From Ophelia neglecta (Eukaryota): a stretch of 64,000 bases of DNA. Within the stretch, counting starts at the first letter, position 1; the number at the start of each line of letters is the position of its first letter. The stretch is from NCBI GenBank assembly GCA_965285935.1, contig OZ260666.1, forward strand, positions 21,762,001-21,826,000, given 5' to 3'. A program made the position numbers and the translations under genes. Positions 38,838 through 52,174 of this stretch are shown piece by piece. The notes beneath the pieces were generated by a model. It was not told the DNA's origin. It did no database searches and saw only the letters and a list, made by a program, of their open reading frames with translations.

Positions 38838-41800
38838 CAGTGGTAATTAACTGTGTTCCATCCGTTTTATGATTCTATAGGTGGATGGTACAAACTAATT
38901 ATTGAAAATTGACGCTACCAACCAGCACTCTATACGCTATAGTTAGGTGGCGCTGAAGGTTAGAAAAGCGCGAGGCATGCCGGGTAGGAGTCGAGCACTG
39001 AAGACACAATGCATTTAGGCACCTTGTAGTAGCATCAGTCCCATATGAATATATTTTTGTGAAATTCAATATGGATTTTGGCCCGCTCCTCAAATTAAAG
39101 TTTGCTTGTAAAATGTGTCTAAAAGCTAGAAATAATGAACCTACCTATGGTGGTGGCCACAGTGGTGGCGAAGAAAATAGAGCTGGCCACATCCCAGTTA
39201 CTCTCGCTGGTCTGGTTCCCTGACAGAGATACGCCGGCCGACTGGGCTGTTTGAAGGACTTTGATAAATGCATCTAACTCCTCCACTGTCAGACACGTGT
39301 TGTTGGCTAAAAACAAGAGACATTGATGGAAAAATGGACTAGAAAATAGTAAGAGAATTAAGGGTGGATACCAAAAGAGTACAAAACAATAATGCATCAT
39401 TGCTCTGGAGTATAAAGTCGATGACTAATCGCCTTCGTTCTCTGGACGTTTTGGGAGTGTTAGCACCCGTTCATTGGATAAAAACAGGGCTTAATTATTA
39501 TTGGTAAGAAGTGAATGACTCTCGGGAAAAACAGTGATTATCAGTGAAATTATAGTCTCCGGGGGTAAAAATGAATCCGGTCAGATTCCAGAGACAAGAG
39601 TAGGGGACTGACCTGAGCAGGAAGATTATTTGGAATTAAAATCACCCTGCATTTTATAATTTAATAGCGGAGTTCTATGTTTATAGCACCACTTCTCGTA
39701 CTGTATATGAAGAGTGTGGTAAATATTCACTTTATATTGACATACACGCCGACAGGTGTACAGGTATACTCTGCTTCTTAATAGCTTATTTGATATTGAA
39801 AATATCGCTATAAAAATTTGGATCCATAAGGACAAATCTATTGTAAATTCCTACAATATACATGATCTGCCTTTGTATGTCACACGTACGAACATATCTT
39901 CTTCTGTGAAAAATTTTAAGATTGAATCTAAAAAATATGTACAAACAATTCTGGATTGATGTCATTCATGACACCACAGCGAATCCTATGAACATGTTGT
40001 ATATTTAGATCGATTTTTTGTGTGAAAAATAATTGCAGTGTAATATTTTTAATGGTTTCAGTGTTTGTGATGACCCTCATTTCCTGTTCATGTGTCTGTG
40101 TTTTAGTAACATTGCTTTCTTGTTCGAATACAACCTAGTTCACAAAATATGAATGTGTTCAATGTGACACCAAAGTACATATATTTGTCAATATCCTTGC
40201 CTCGCAAGATCTCCGAATTATCAAGCGTCTAGGTAAATATAGAGTTCACTTATTTTTTTAATCTTTTATGAATGTAACTTTGTTTTAAACATGTGTACTA
40301 TAAAGTATCATGTAATAAATCTTCTGACTCACGATACTAGAGATAGCATTTTTCACCCGTTATCAAGTGTGTTGTTAGCGTAAACATACGGTTCTAGCTC
40401 AATAATCAATATTATTCTAGTGGTTTCCGTTGGAAGGTAACTCCGCCCCACAAAGCTGATCAATTGTGCCTTTCGTCATTCAGGTTCACATGTCCTGCGA
40501 CAGTCGGCATGATTTTGACAGCCGTCACTAACGGCCCACGACACACTATATGTACATAGAAACCCGGCTTAGATACATTGATAATCTTGGACTAGCGCTG
40601 TCTTCTAAAGGGTTTAATATCAATGCACCCCTCCCGCACTCTATCCCTAACCTACCAGACACTATATATTACTATGTTAATAACCTCAACTCTGACACTT
40701 TTCACTCCTCTAATCAGCGAGTCAAGACCGTTGTCAGCGGAATTTACATTGTACGAATTGCGATGCCGGATACACAATCACACAGTCCCTTGACGACTGA
40801 GAAATAATGCCTTATCCATTGATTGCATCGACCAGGTAAAATATCGCAGACAAAGGAAACCGGGGGCAAAACTCTTTCCACCGCCCAGTGGTACACCCAG
40901 CAGACATAGCAATTATATATTTTCATAAGGCGGAAATGTGTGTACCCATGCTCAGTTAAATGCCCCCATTTCAAGGAATATGGCTTGAATTTTTGTTCAT
41001 ATTTGTTGAAGTAACCTTTAGCAGTACATATATTCTTTTATACAACGGAGGTCAGTTCAGTGTAGACATAGGACTTACACAATCTACCGACTCGACACTT
41101 TATCATAATAAATGCACAATACCCACATCTATTATCTACAGACGTTGAGAATGTTTGCTTTGTTATTTGCCGTTATAAGTAACATGCGATATTCTCTTGT
41201 TCAGAAATGTCCTTTTTTTTCAAATTCGCGGGGATTATATTGAAAAAACTTCTTTTTCTCCGTAGATCGCGGACCACGGCGTCGTGGGTAAAAATCAGCC
41301 TTCTCCGCGAAATTCAGAACGAGCGTATGGACCCATTTCCTTGCAGAGTGGAAGGGACCGGGAGAGGCGCCCGTATTGCTGAGGACAAACTACAGCTACT
41401 GAGAATAATAATCAATATATATGGTAGGCCAAGACACTGATTTGACGTCCTACAGGTGACAAACAGCATGTGCATATGCATGGCCTTACGTCAAAACAAA
41501 CTTTACTGGTCAAAGAATGCCCATAGAAGCACTGTTGTTCAGGAGGAATCTGTTCAACGGTCTGTCGGTAACCAACTATACACTCCGAAAACGTTTCTTG
41601 GTAAATATTAAGGGATAGATTAGTATTTATGCCGGGGGGGGGGGGCGAAGGGGGGGGGGAGGGTGCCGGGCAGTATTTGTTGGCATCTCTTTAATGGGGA
41701 TTGGTGGTGGTCAACAACTTTTACCTTACTTGTATTTGTTACTACAGTTTGTTTCTATAGTTTTCCGCCCAAAAAAATGCTGCTTCGCGCCATGCTAACC

Positions 41801-42729
41801 TAATTTTTAAAAATGTTATCCCCCTTCATTCTCGAAAAAGTCTGGCAAATTTCAGGAATCGTACCAAGAGAAGAAAAAAAATGAAACGTGTCCTTATAGC
41901 CAAATTGGTTTCAAAGGGGGCGGGGGAGGTTAAGGGAAAAATAGTCGACTCATGCAAGGGGCCCGTGTGGGAATATCTCTGTTCAGATTTAGGCTTAGTT
42001 AGTCAAAGTCTATCAACCGATTCGTGTCGCGAACTTATTCTGGGTTTTTGTCGGCATAGGGGACATCATCCCCTGCCTTAAACCCCAATCAGAAAGGGCG
42101 ACGGCGGCGCATGGACATTCCCCAGTCTTCTCGGGGGTCATGAGTCCTGCTACCCGTCTTCTATCACTGTGGTATCCCTCCTCCACCTCCTCCTGCTCGT
42201 TCTCCGTGGACAGAACTCAACATGCTCTCTTCCTGTCTTCTGAACCCTGGACCCATACCCGTTGGCTTGACCCTGCCACTCACTCCGCATATACCCCTCC
42301 CCCATCAAAAAAAAATCCCGACTTTCTCAACATATGCTTAACCCTTTCCCTACCCCTCCTAAGTCCCTTAACACAGACAGATTTTCACAAAATCACTCTT
42401 CCTATGGACTATTACAACCCTTCTCTCCCCGTCCCTTTATTCTGAAACCCTCTCACAGAACTGATTAATGGGCGACTAAAGGGAAGCCTTAAGCTACCGG
42501 ACCCGACCCTGATTGACTAACATCATATTTGGATGTTTTTATATTTTACACGTAGGCCTGTGCATCTTACTACATGTACGTACATACCTAGTACACGTTC
42601 TCTGGCTCCCACTGCTGTTACCCGAGACTCCTCCTCGCTTCTGGATTCAACGAAATGAAAAATCACTCCTCCAATAATCACATAAACCAGAAGCGTAATG
42701 ATGACCAGAAATAAAGTTAATCCCCTCAT
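36538..42729 (-). CDS. K2P channel paralog B (TALK/TASK-2-like), ~308 aa, with a 10-aa in-frame deletion in M3
   Basis: Exons 42729-42588, 39306-39145, 38731-38426, 36995-36787, 36645-36538 (927 nt, in frame). P1 TTIG|YGNISP, P2 TTIGFGDYVAG, M4 VYRLFVAVWILLGLTWMA. Confidence 0.9.
37450..37521 (-). pseudogene. tRNA-Asp(GTC)-derived pseudogene or solo SINE head
   Basis: Minus strand GCGGCCTAGTGGTGAAATACCCCACTGTCATGCTAGAGGTCCGGGGTTCAAATCCAGACGGCG: A box, CTGTCA anticodon loop, B box GGTTCAAATCC, then T7. Stems are mismatched. Confidence 0.6.
37782..38001. mobile_element. Merlin-like MITE (GGC ends, 8-bp TSD, internal GGTTAG motifs)
   Basis: TIR GGCT(A/T)TTGATTAAA(C/A)GCGGA; TSD CAATTTTT/CAATATTT (7/8). 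Confidence 0.7.
38770..38834. repeat. (TA)n microsatellite
   Basis: Directly visible. Confidence 0.95.
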
Positions 42730-44329
42730 TGTGTATGTAAATATTCAAATCTCGTACTTAGTTAAATTCTTTCACCAACTTGTCCTGATTTCACGATGGA
42801 TGTTCAACAAGTGATCCAAATAAAATGTTGTCTAGTGCTTGTAAACCATAACGCGCCTGACAAACCCACACATTTTAGACATGCGAGCGGTTTGTTTTGG
42901 AAGGTAAACATTGACATCGCTTGCGGATCAAGGGAGTGCTAGGGGTGGGGACGGAGAGGCATTTATGTGTAGATGTGCTGCCTGGCAGATAAAAAAGAGT
43001 TTAATATAACCCTCACTAACAAACTTTCTGAATCCTTCCGCCTCTTACTCTTGATAACATTCAATATTGTTAAGGCTTTTACCACTTCAGTCTAAAAGTC
43101 ACACCCGAGTAATTTCGCTGTTAACTAGAATGCTCTGACTTCTAATAAATAACTTAAGCACTCTCGTGCACTGAGACATCATGTAGCCCACCTGTTTCTA
43201 TGTACCAGCACGGGTCTTGGCTCTATTTTCCAGTCTGATTCATCACCGATTTTTTAAACTAATACGCGATGCTTGGTCTATACACTGGTTGAGTTTGTGA
43301 ACACACTGCACACTGGGGACTGTATTGATCATGATCATTCATGCTTTCCATGGATTCCGTGGAGAATGTCGGACCTTAGGATAGTAATCGCTTGCTAGGA
43401 GGAGTGGATCCGGTGTCAGTCATAGTTAAGTCAACAGGAAACACTTTTTGTAAAGGCGGCTTGAGGTTAAAAACTGGGACTCCCTCTAAATAAGCCACTG
43501 GCGATTTATAGACTATATTGAAAAATCATGAGACGAATCAATATGGAAATGGTTGTAAGGAAGGGGGGGGGGGGGGTCGGGCAAAGGCCGGTAAATGGCG
43601 GGGTGCGGGGTAACTGTTACTGGAAATTGTTCTATTGAAATTAGACTGGAACAACACACTTCATTTTATAAGTCCGTGACGTCTAATAGAAGATCTGTTG
43701 TTTTACACAACCACAGCATACAAGGTTGTTTTAATGTACAAAAGTAATCTACTAAAAACTAAAAAAAAACTAAGCCTTCTTTTCATATGAAACATTAAAT
43801 CCTAAATAGTGGCAAATAGTTTGTCAATTGCCCTACGCAACAGGTCGCATTATTGATTTAAGACCTTTTTTTTTAAACTGGCCACTATCAATGATGTGAT
43901 CAATCATTTGAACGAAACTCATACATTAGGTACACATCATTAGATACCTGAAAAATGGCTTGTCGGCCTTATACAGCAAACAAATGTTACCCAACTTCTG
44001 AATAAATAAAGTTCGTTTTGGCCAAATTCAGTAAAAATAGCTAAGTTTAAGCAAACAAGGAAAGTTCTATAGAAGAAATCTTCTAGCAGTAAGGGTATTT
44101 CTCGGAGACGCTCCCCACAACTTTGTGCCATACATAGACAATACACCATTGTGTTTGCGAAAAGACTCCCCAAAACATATGGTGTTGAACCGTTAAACGA
44201 GACCACTGTGTTTTGCATCAGCTACAGCTATATATAGAAAAAAAAGTATATCTGAGGGATTGGCAACAACTGGGGACTATACGCAGAAAATAATTACGTC
44301 CGGAGACAGATTCATCCTGCTTCGACACT

Positions 44330-45420
44330 GAACAACATTTGAATTTTATCTAGAAATACTTTATTAAAAACAAGTTTGTACAATCGGATATAATTATATT
44401 ACAGATATTGCTAAAATTCTGATTGCTAGACTAACCGTTCGCGCATCCCTTGTGTTGTGCCTTCTAATGTGATATTGATAATTAAAATAAAGCCTTTGAA
44501 ACTTTCTTGTAATAAAATAATGGGTTATTGATAACTAGATCATCTCTTGTTTAATTTTATATGGCCAGAGAAAATACTAATCAGTCGAATCGTACAAAGG
44601 AAAGGGTGAGCAGGAGTATTAAAAGAAATTACGAAGATGGTGGGTTAAGAATGTTTGGAGCTAATTTGATAATTAAAAACGTTGATTGGAATGAGTATCG
44701 TATTTATCGTCAATTCGGAACTTTCTCAGAGACGTAGGAAGGAAAATCAAAGTGGGGGGCCAACTTTACATTAGCGGCATAAAGGACGAAATTGAGATTG
44801 GGGGGTGGGGGTCGGGAAAGCTAATTTAGATTTACGATATACTCCAAATTAAAACGATAATACACGGAATATTGAGGAAATCGTGTGAAATAATTTACCC
44901 ATATTATACTAAAGAACAATTTCTATTGGAATTACTTATACATAGGGTATTACAGACTTAGAAATTAATTATGCTTTGTAGTGAAGAAAATTATATTTGA
45001 GGGAAAAAACATGAGCAAACATGGGTATAGGTACCCCAGCCAGGACTAGATCTATACACAGAATATGAGTGATGTGTAATTAACAATGCTACACCAAAGA
45101 ACATTTACAAAAAGTAATACTGTATGAAGGATTATACTGGAAAGCATATACATTAAGCTTAATAAAGAAAGTTGAGTGAATCACTCAACAATTTCCTGAA
45201 AAGTACATAAAGATTTTGTGAACATGAGAACACTATTGAAAATCAAACAGTAAACATGAAAAAATGACTTGCATATATTGCAATGAAGAACCTTGTACTG
45301 AAAGTCACATTTATTAAAGTGAAGAAAAATGTCAATTACTCATACTATGGGACATGAATACAGCTCTGGCCATGAGAAAGTTGTGTGAAATAGGCCTACT
45401 TGTACTCTATCACATAATTA
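44330..45420 (+). pseudogene. Decayed L1/Tx1-like LINE ORF2 C-terminal fragment
   Basis: Remnants KRNYEDGGLRMF (~44620-44655), LLIHRVLQT (~44930-44960) and zinc knuckle CIYCNEEPCTESH (~45270-45310). A paralogous piece lies at ~51960-52160. Confidence 0.6.
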
Positions 45421-45586
45421 CTGCTGCATTACACCATTTTAAGAGGGCAAAACGTGAGAGGGTCATCATTAAAAAGTGTGGGGGGGGGGGGGGGGGCAAA
45501 ACATATGATGCCCCACCCCCCACTTTTTTTAGGTGGGGGATCCATGTCCCCCCCTCCCCCCCCCCCCCCCGCTTCCTACGCCACTG
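44727..45586. mobile_element. hAT5-like element ends enclosing LINE-derived sequence, 5-bp TSD TTTCT
   Basis: Left CAGAGACGTAGGAAGG, right CTTCCTACGCCACTG; TTTCT at 44722-26 and 45587-91. Same family as 26679-27106, inverted. Confidence 0.6.
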
Positions 45587-45997
45587 TTTCTGTGGGTAAT
45601 TTGTCACAAAAATGTTTTGGCCATTAAACTCATGAACAAGCTTATCATCTTACCGTTTTATTTTGACATGATGCCGTTGTACGCGCTCAGCTTCTTGTCA
45701 CGTGTATTAAATCTGATTTATAAACCAACCTACTTATTTTGTTAACGCATTGGAAAATATATCTTCAATGTTTCATCTTTTCATCATTAAATCGCCTACA
45801 CTACGGCAGTTTAATAAGCCTGTTTACTACGATCCTTAAAATGTGAACATAAATCGTATGATGAACTACAAATACTAGTATGATATAGTTCATTATTTTG
45901 CTTATCTTGTAGAGGGATTTTTCATTTGCCAGGCAACGGACTAAAGCCCCACACTCATTTTCCCCGTTTAACGATTCTTTGTATTTTGACTGTTTTT

Positions 45998-48900
45998 CTA
46001 CGTACAAATTTTTCCATTTACATGGCAACCCACGGCGCCCTCGGCAGATTCCGTATGATGCTCGTCCATTTCCGTTACTTGCTCATCAGACTCTTTTTCT
46101 GCCTGTAAAATCAACAATTTTAACTTTTTATTTACCATTTATAGACATTTCCATTGTTTATTACTTGACATGTTCTCCGTTTCTGTACAGATTTAATTTC
46201 ATATTATTTATGAATATATCTTGAACGGAACTACTTTATCAATATAATACTACTCGCCGGTAAACTAGCATCTCTGTTATCGACACAAGGATTTATTTTA
46301 GAATTCTTCTGTGCTTTGCAGCTCGCTTTCTCGTCAACTCTTTCGAACTGTTTGTTAAAAGTTTCCTGGATATAAGCAATGAGAATGGCTATCCAAGCGT
46401 GACCAAAGAGAATCCACACGGCCACAAACAGACGATACACCGCTCCTGCTGGCATGGCAGTGTCCTGACCTATATAGTAAAATCCCAACACGTTAAAAGC
46501 GCATAGCAATACCTTGTTCTCGGAGAAAAGAACCCATTTTGTGCCTCATGTACGATCTCTAAAAGACTCCCCTCCCCATCCACCTAACTCCAACACACGA
46601 CATCCATGGACATAGACTGAACCCCACTTAGCAGAGCTTCCTTGCTCCAGCCACGGGTTAGTTTTCGAAAGGCTTCGTAAAGATACCCATCAACAATTGC
46701 GATTGTTCCTTTTTAGTTCGGCTTTTGATTAAAAGCGGAAGCGCGGAAACTTGCGGAGGTAAATCTCGATATAAGAACAGAGCACTAGACCTATTAAACT
46801 TGTCCCTAACCCTTCCCCTAACACTAAAATTAACCCTCAGCCCTAATCCTAGCTTTGCTGACGTTTATTTGCTTCCTGTCACTCTGAAATACGTATGACG
46901 TCCGCATAGCTCCCGCGCGTCCGCGTTTAATCAATAGCCTTTAGTTCAGGATTTGGGCATTGTTATATATTATATGTAATAGTGGAAGACTTAAACCGGG
47001 TGTTTTGAATCCCGCCACTGTGTGTAAATGTACCCCATTTGAGAGGTTTGTAATTATTTTTCTTCTTTGCTATGCACTCACTATTAATTTGATAAACTCA
47101 TAATTGTAAATAATATTTTTCTTTAGCTCCTATTCTGTTCAATTTCTTTAGCTCCTATTCTGTTCAATTCGAATACCAGTAATAAGATAAATTCTTGAAA
47201 TATTTTTTAAAATGTTTCAAATATAATCCCCTGTTATGTACAAAATGTATAAACCCCCGTAGTCTCCAATCTGCGTGCGCCAATCTGACTTGTAAAAACA
47301 GGCTAAGATACCCGTCAGTTAAGACCAAAGCATTCATAAGGTAAATATTATTATATCGTTCTAAAATAACAATGAATTGTCAGTTACATATCTTGATACA
47401 TATGTACCAATGGCTTTTGGCTTAACACAGCTGATATTAGTAAATAATACATAAAGTTCATTTTCACAATATGAGCTTTAATTATCACCTGCAACGTAAT
47501 CTCCAAATCCTATTGTGGTCAGCGTAACAAAACTATAGTAGAGACCTTCACTGTAACTCCAATCTGTCTCCACGAGGTGAAATAGCAGCGATGGTAGAAA
47601 TATAAACAGCAGGAGAGACACTAACAAGGCGAGAGATTTCAGTACGTACTCACATGACTTCGCAGGTTCACATTTCGTTCCTTTGTCGACAAATTTAAAT
47701 ATAATTGTTTTCATTTTTTCTGCCAAATTAGCAGTCGCCACAAGGAATAGAGGAATTCCGATACATGCGAAGAAAACACAGAATACCCTGCCACCTGTGG
47801 TAGAAGGGGATATATTCCCGTAACCTGAAACACAAATGATGGTATTTAACACATCTGAATGTGAGCAAAGTTAGCGCTATTAGATTTCACGCCTAATGCA
47901 GGCACGCCCTATAGCGCTAGTGGATGGTAGCCTAAAAGCGCTTTAATATGGCACCCCTAGGTGGGTCACCCAGGGCAATTCCGTGACCGTGAAGAGCAAA
48001 GGTTCGTTTTTTTTCATGGATTCATCTTCTTGGAGGTCTAAATAATAATTTAGCCCCCGATGCCTATTAAAAAAATGTGGGCGAAATTTTTGAGAGGCCA
48101 AAATTCAAAATGGCTGCCGAAAAATATGAATTTTTATTTTTTTTACATAGATTGTGGCATACTATTTGGGGGTCAATGAATCCAAATCTGGCATTATATT
48201 ATTGTTTTGAATCACTTTTGACCTTCAAAGAGGCAAAAATCCATTATGGCCGCCAAAAGTTATAATTTTAATACTTCATTTTCATGGCGGGATAATAAAT
48301 GGTTTTCACTGTTTTAGGGATCAAAGGAGTAAATTCACAAGTTAGTTAAATGTTTTGAGGTAGGTCTGACCCTCCACTAAAAATTTAAAGGGCTGAAATC
48401 CAAAATAGCCGCCTAAATGATGAGATGGTTTTTGAGGTGTTGGGGGTCAAATGATTCAAATCGTGGATTTATTCGATGTTTTGAACATTTCTGAACCCTA
48501 ATGTAAAGCTCTAAGAATACTCGTCCGATAAATATCATACATATGAAACACAAAATGTTCACAAATCTAATCAAACATATGCTGAATGAACAAAACTAAC
48601 ATTTTATTACCACAGTGTATAGTATGCAAGCCCAACATTTTAGCCAGATCTGTTCATTATGACTTTAGCTGTCGCCATCAGAGTCTGTCGATTCTCCACA
48701 CGCCCTGCTGTCATTGTCATCATCACTAGGTTCTTCTTCAATATGGATTTTGGTCAGTTCCTCAAATAAAAGTTAATGTTCGTATTGTGTGTAACATCCG
48801 GACTTATTTAACCTACCTATGGTGGTGGTCACAGTGGTGGCGAAGAAAATAGAGCTGAATAGATCCCAGGTACTCTGGCTGGTCTGGTTCCCTGATAAAG

Positions 48901-49619
48901 GTACCCCCGCTGTCTGAAGGGCTTTGATCAACGCGTCAAACTCCCCAGCTGTTATATTGTGGTTTGCTGAAAACAAAAGACACTGTGGTAAAGGCCGATA
49001 AGAGTAAGACATCTCCCCCCCCAAAAAAACCCCCACTTTTTTGAATAGGATTATCAGTGCCGGATTTAGGGGGGGGGGGGGGGCGAAAAATTTTGCCAGA
49101 AAGTGGGCCCGGACCAGGGCCTATTTCTGGACCCATGCAAGATGCTTTCAAACAGTTGGTAATGGGGACAACCCAGACATTGCCCTGGTCATCCTTGAAA
49201 ACTTTTGGGCCCCTCTTCCTGAAATCCTGGATCCGCCACTGATTATATACCCTCCCCCTTTCACACCCCACCAACTACGAACACATCCCTGTTCTTGTTT
49301 GCTAAAGCCTTCTTTTCTGAACTAAGGGGGTGGCAAGGGGGGGGGGGAAGGGGCTCTCGTCTGCCGGAAAGAGCAGCCTTAGGTTATTAATCCGTACCTG
49401 ATAGATAATAATCATGTCGCATATTAAACATTTTTTCATATCCTTCATGTAGCCTGGATATCTGACTGGGTACATACCTAGTATCTGTTCCTTGGCTCCG
49501 AACACTGTATTATTAGTCCCCTTCTCGCTACTCGATTCGATAAAGTGGAAAATCGCTCCTCCAATGAACAAATAAACCAAAAATATAATGATGACTAGAA
49601 ATAGAGTTAATCCCTGCAT
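45998..49619 (-). CDS. K2P channel paralog C (TALK/TASK-2-like), ~314 aa
   Basis: Exons 49619-49478, 48966-48817, 47824-47489, 46469-46258 (GC donor), 46102-45998 (945 nt, in frame). P1 TTIG|YGNISP, P2 TTIGFGDYVAG. Confidence 0.88.
46720..46939. mobile_element. Merlin-like MITE, same family as 37782-38001, opposite orientation
   Basis: TIR GGCTTTTGATTAAAAGCGGA / TCCGCGTTTAATCAATAGCC; perfect 8-bp TSD TTTAGTTC. Confidence 0.78.
49055..49241. mobile_element. hAT5-like MITE, 5-bp TSD ATTAT
   Basis: CAGTGCCGGATT...GGATCCGCCACTG flanked by ATTAT. Confidence 0.8.
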
Positions 49620-52174
49620 TTTGTATATAAAACCGTATTCAAATCTCCTACATAGTTAATTTATTTCACCGACTAATTTCACGATGGATGTTCAATGGAT
49701 ATCCACAAAAATAAGTTTATACATTCGTCCAGAGCGTTTTAAGTCACACAACTCAAGTCAAACCCTTATTAACTATATATTAACTATATATTAACTATAG
49801 AACTGAGACCCCATTTGTCCCACTAGTCATAATTAATTATCAATTCATATCATTTGTTGTTTTATTAGTTTACCCTTTTTTCACCATGCTATTAGCATCA
49901 CTGTACACGCGTTGAAGTGTCAGTCAACCATTATTATTAATGCTAACCATTTTAAGAAGTTTCCAGGCATTTTTTTTATGTAAGGTAAACATTGACATCG
50001 CTTGCGGATCAAGGGGAGAGGGGAGGGGGGTGGGCGGGGTGGTAACTTGGGGACAGGAATGCTTCCTGACAGGTAAAAAGGAGGTCTCCAAGAGAACTAA
50101 GGGACACGCACCATAGGCTAAACGGGGGCGGGAGCGGAGAGGTGGGGGGGGGGGGGGGGGATTTTCGACAAACCACTTTTTTTGGAGCGAGAGAAACATG
50201 CAATTTGTTTTTGCGCTTCCAGAAAAAAAACTTATATAATTTAATAAAAACCGCCTTATCATATCCCCCGTAGCGCCTACGTAGTAGGCGGACATATCGT
50301 TTTTTACTGAACGGCGTCGCCGAATATCTGTTGTGTGAAGTCTGGCATTCGTTTATTTTGGGCAGCTAGAATATACCATTGTCTGGTCGGGGATTGTTTT
50401 TGAGTAACCTTCGGAAAAGACAATATGGCCGCCCATTTCATCTAAAAATGAGTGCCGCCCCTAACACGGAACAATATTCTTGTACCTGGAGGCAAACTAT
50501 TTTGGCTAAGTATGCAGAAGGACACTTTCTTTTTCTGCATTCATGGCCAACCAATTTTTTCCCCGGAATCTTCACGCCCACAACCACTCCCGCCTGTTAG
50601 CTAAAAGTAGTGCATCCCTAACAGCCTTTCTAAATCCGTCCGCCTCTTGATCACAATAACATTAGATATTCTTAAAGCGTTAATCAGTTCCTAAGCCACT
50701 ATTTGACAATCGAATAATTTTGTAGTGCTAGAATATTCTAATTTCCAATTAATGAATTAAGCACACGCGTGCACTGAGAGGTTTGTATAACAACTATTAC
50801 CATATTTCAACACAAATGTTGGCCTAATTTTCTGATCTCTGGTCTATACACTGTTTGATATTGTGAACACACAGGAAACTGGATCATAATCATTCATATA
50901 TTCTGCTGATTCAGGGGGGTGTCGGAACTAAGGGAAGTAAGGGCCTGCGAGGAGAAGTGGATCGGGTGGCATTTATAGTAAACTAGTAAGACTTTCTAGG
51001 ACTGGGTGATGTTATTATCTTAAAGAATATCATTAGAGAGTCATCATTAGAAGCGGTCATTCTTAAGGATGGGGGTGGGGGAGGGGTCAGACGGCAGGGC
51101 ATACTGGGGGAGCCCAAGCGGGGGGGGGGGGGTAGGGTAGGGGGGAGTAAGTTAGAGAGTGGTTACTGAAATCTGTTCTAACTATTGAAATTAGTCTGGC
51201 ACAAACAAGTCCATTTTATGAAGTCCGCCCCCCCCCCCTCCCCCCAGTTATCTAGTGATTCTCCCCGTATCTGACTCGGTTCCGCTTGACGTGGACACCC
51301 CTAACCCCCCCCCCCATCCACCCATCCCCTTTTCCTTGTGTTACCTTATTTGGCCAGTAGCCAAGTTGTTTTTTAACAGACATAATTTGCATATATCAGT
51401 TCCTGTCCTAGTAGATTAATCTGGCCAAGAGGGTTTTTGATTAATACCAAAAGACGATTGGTAACATTAGGATTATAGTGTTGTCTCCTTTAAAATAAAT
51501 ACTATTAGCTTGTACACAGACATAGCCCACTGTGTTTGGGCGATGGACTGTCCCTTACTTAGGCTTCTATGTACACAGAAAATTGACAAAGGTGATTATC
51601 CTGCAGGCGGTCCACATATAGGAATAGGCCTATACTCAGAAAAAAAGTAAGGTTATTTCTCTATGCTGCACCTCACAACTTATATTAGAGTTATACATAG
51701 GAAAGACACCATTGTGTTTCTGGAAGGAACTACCCACAATCTATAGTGTTAAACCTTGAAAAAGACCATTCTGTTTTGCCTAAGATAAACCTATATACAT
51801 AGAAATAATACATCTCTCTGTGGGGTTGGCAACAACGGCGACACTACAAAGAAAGTACGGGTACGTCATGGCGTTTCTCCGAAAGCGACTGCCCAGAAAC
51901 TTAATAGTTAGGTCCGTAGACATTCTGCTAGGTTGCTGAATAAAATTCAAGTATTCCTACCATTTATTATTTCACAGTTTATCTATTGGATGCGAGCCAT
52001 AGTGATACCAAAATGGATTATCGATCACCTAAATAATAAAATGTAAAAGTTTATATGGTCAAGTAGTATTGATCAGTTGAATCTTTCAATGGATATAGTC
52101 AGCTGGAGTCAGGTATTATAAAGGGAAATTACGAAGATGGTAGGTTGGTGGTGTAATATTCAATAAAAAGATGC

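Noticed and set aside
42000-42520. Possible I/RTE-type LINE 3' end in K2P-B intron 1
   Set aside because: Only a vague zinc-knuckle-like remnant and a pyrimidine tract; too degenerate to call.
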